Part shown: piece by piece, positions 61,397 through 64,000 of the stretch
How positions within the stretch are numbered: position 1 is the stretch's first letter
Layout of the letters: each line of letters opens with the position of its first letter
Source: the human T2T-CHM13v2.0 reference genome, Homo sapiens
Length of the DNA stretch: 64,000 nucleotides
Assembly (NCBI RefSeq): GCF_009914755.1
Contig: NC_060925.1
Reading direction: 5' to 3' (one strand)
Translations under genes and position numbers: made by a program
Notes under the pieces: generated by a model
The model's input: only the letters and a program-made list of their open reading frames with translations
What the model was told of the DNA's origin: nothing
The model's database searches: none

Positions 61397-62239
61397 TCAC
61401 GCCTGTAATCCCAGCACTTTGGAAGGCCGAGGCGGGCGGATCACGAGGTCAGGAGTTCAAGACCAGCCTGGCCAACGTAGTGAAACCCCATCTCTACTAA
61501 AAATACAAAACTTAGCCGGACACGATGGCGCATGCCTGTAGTTCCAGCTACTCCGGAGGAGAGGCAGAAGAATTGCTTGAACCCAGGAAGCAGAGGTTGC
61601 AGTGAGCAGTGATTGCACCACTGCACTCCAGCTTGGGCAACAGAGTGAGACTTTGTCTCAAAAAAAAAAAATTGTAATTTGCCAATTCATCACTCCTCCT
61701 GGTTTTTCAGCTTTGATTTCATCCTTAATTTTTTTTTTCTGTTTATGAGACACAGTCTTGCTCTGTCTCCCAGGCTGGAGTGCAGTGGCGTGATCTCAGC
61801 TTAATGCAACCTCTGCCTCCCCGGTTCAAGTGATTATCCTGCCTCAGCATCCCGAGTAGCTGGGATTACAGACAGACACCACCACACCCAGCTAATTGTT
61901 GTATTTTTAGTAAAGACAGGGTTTCACGATGTTGCCAGGCTGGTCTCCAACTCCTGACCCCAAGTGATCCACCTGTCTCGGTCTCCCAAAGTGCTGGGAT
62001 TACAGGTGTGAGCCACCATGCCCAGCCTTTACATTTTATTCTTTTTTTTTTTTTTTTGAGAGGGAGTCTCACTCTGTTGTCCAGGCTGGAGTACAGTGGC
62101 ACAATCTCGGCTCACTGCAACCTTCGCCTCCCAGTCTGAAGCGATTCTCCCTCCTGCCTTAGCCACCTGAGTAGCTGGGATTGGAGGCTCACGCCCCCAT
62201 GCCCGGCTAATTTTTGTGTTTTTAGTTTTGTGTTTTTAG

Positions 62240-62495
<256 letters not shown>

Positions 62496-63200
62496 TGAGT
62501 AGCTGGGATTACAGGCACCTGCCACCACTCCCGGCTAATTTTTTTGAATTTTTAGTAGACACGGGGTTTCACCATGCTGGCCAGGCTGGTCTCGAACTCC
62601 CGACCTCAGGTGATCCTCCCGCCTCGGCCTCCCAAAGTGTTGAGATTACAGGCGTGAGCCCCTGCGCCCAGCTGATTAACTTTTATTCTAACCTCTGAGA
62701 ATGACAGAAGAGGAAAGACTTGTCTTTCAGAGTATGACAAAAACTGAAGAGGTTTTCATCTAGTTAAAAAAAAATGGGGAGAAAAAATTATCTCTAAAAA
62801 GTGAGTGGCATGAGCAAAAATGAGAAAGCAAAGACTGTAACTGAAGAACATAGTCTTTATAGACAAAGCTTAAAGCCCATATAGGGAACAGTGGAAAATA
62901 CTATTGGAAGGCCTTGAGTAGCAGGCTAAGGACTTAGGCATTATTCAGTAGGTAGTGGTTGCTGTCAAAGGAAACACCAGTGTGGTATGGAGGAAAATTT
63001 TCTAGTCCTGATTTCAGAAGGCTGGAATTATTGTGCCAGTGTAATACTTGGCAGTCCTTACCCTAAACCTTGGTTTATTTCTAAAACAGGGGTAATCAGG
63101 CAGTTGTGAGGGTTAAATAAGATCATATGACAAGGTGTGTTTGCTTTGAAAATGTCAAAATGTTATAAAAATGTAAGTTTTCATTGTTGTGAGGACATAA

Positions 63201-63941
<741 letters not shown>

Positions 63942-64000
63942 TGATGAAGGATTCGAAGGCCTAAACAATAGAGCTTTTGTTCTGTTTTGTTTTTGAGTGG

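Overview
Hominid (most likely human) genomic DNA, very Alu-dense; by eye Alus make up about half the window. One complete protein-coding gene is present: TAF13 (TFIID subunit, minus strand). Its 4 coding exons have canonical GT-AG junctions and splice to a 124-aa ORF (MADEEEDPT...DEANYGS*), with a small ETS-rich CpG promoter near 50.9 kb. A second, larger CpG island at about 16.5-17.8 kb holds a minus-strand non-coding first exon. I assign it to WDR47 only from the known gene order next to TAF13; no WDR47 coding exon is in the window. Also present are processed pseudogenes of RPS27 and RAN, two full-length old SVA retrotransposons (each inside the A-rich linker of an Alu, one antisense in TAF13 intron 2), ERV1 and MaLR solo LTRs, MER1/MER2/MER3 DNA transposons, and L1, MIR and FAM relics. 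Nearly all ORFs in the supplied track are Alu, SVA or GC-rich artefacts. The most notable observations are: a 51-nt double-hairpin retroposed RNA with poly(A) tail and a degenerate TSD at about 1.86 kb; two direct-orientation SVAs bracketing TAF13 exons 3-4; an RFX X-box at the putative WDR47 5' end; inverted Alus in the extended TAF13 3' region; and an LTR2-family LTR pointing toward TAF13. I see no convincing wholly new gene system. Repeat family names come from recalled consensus sequences and need Dfam confirmation.
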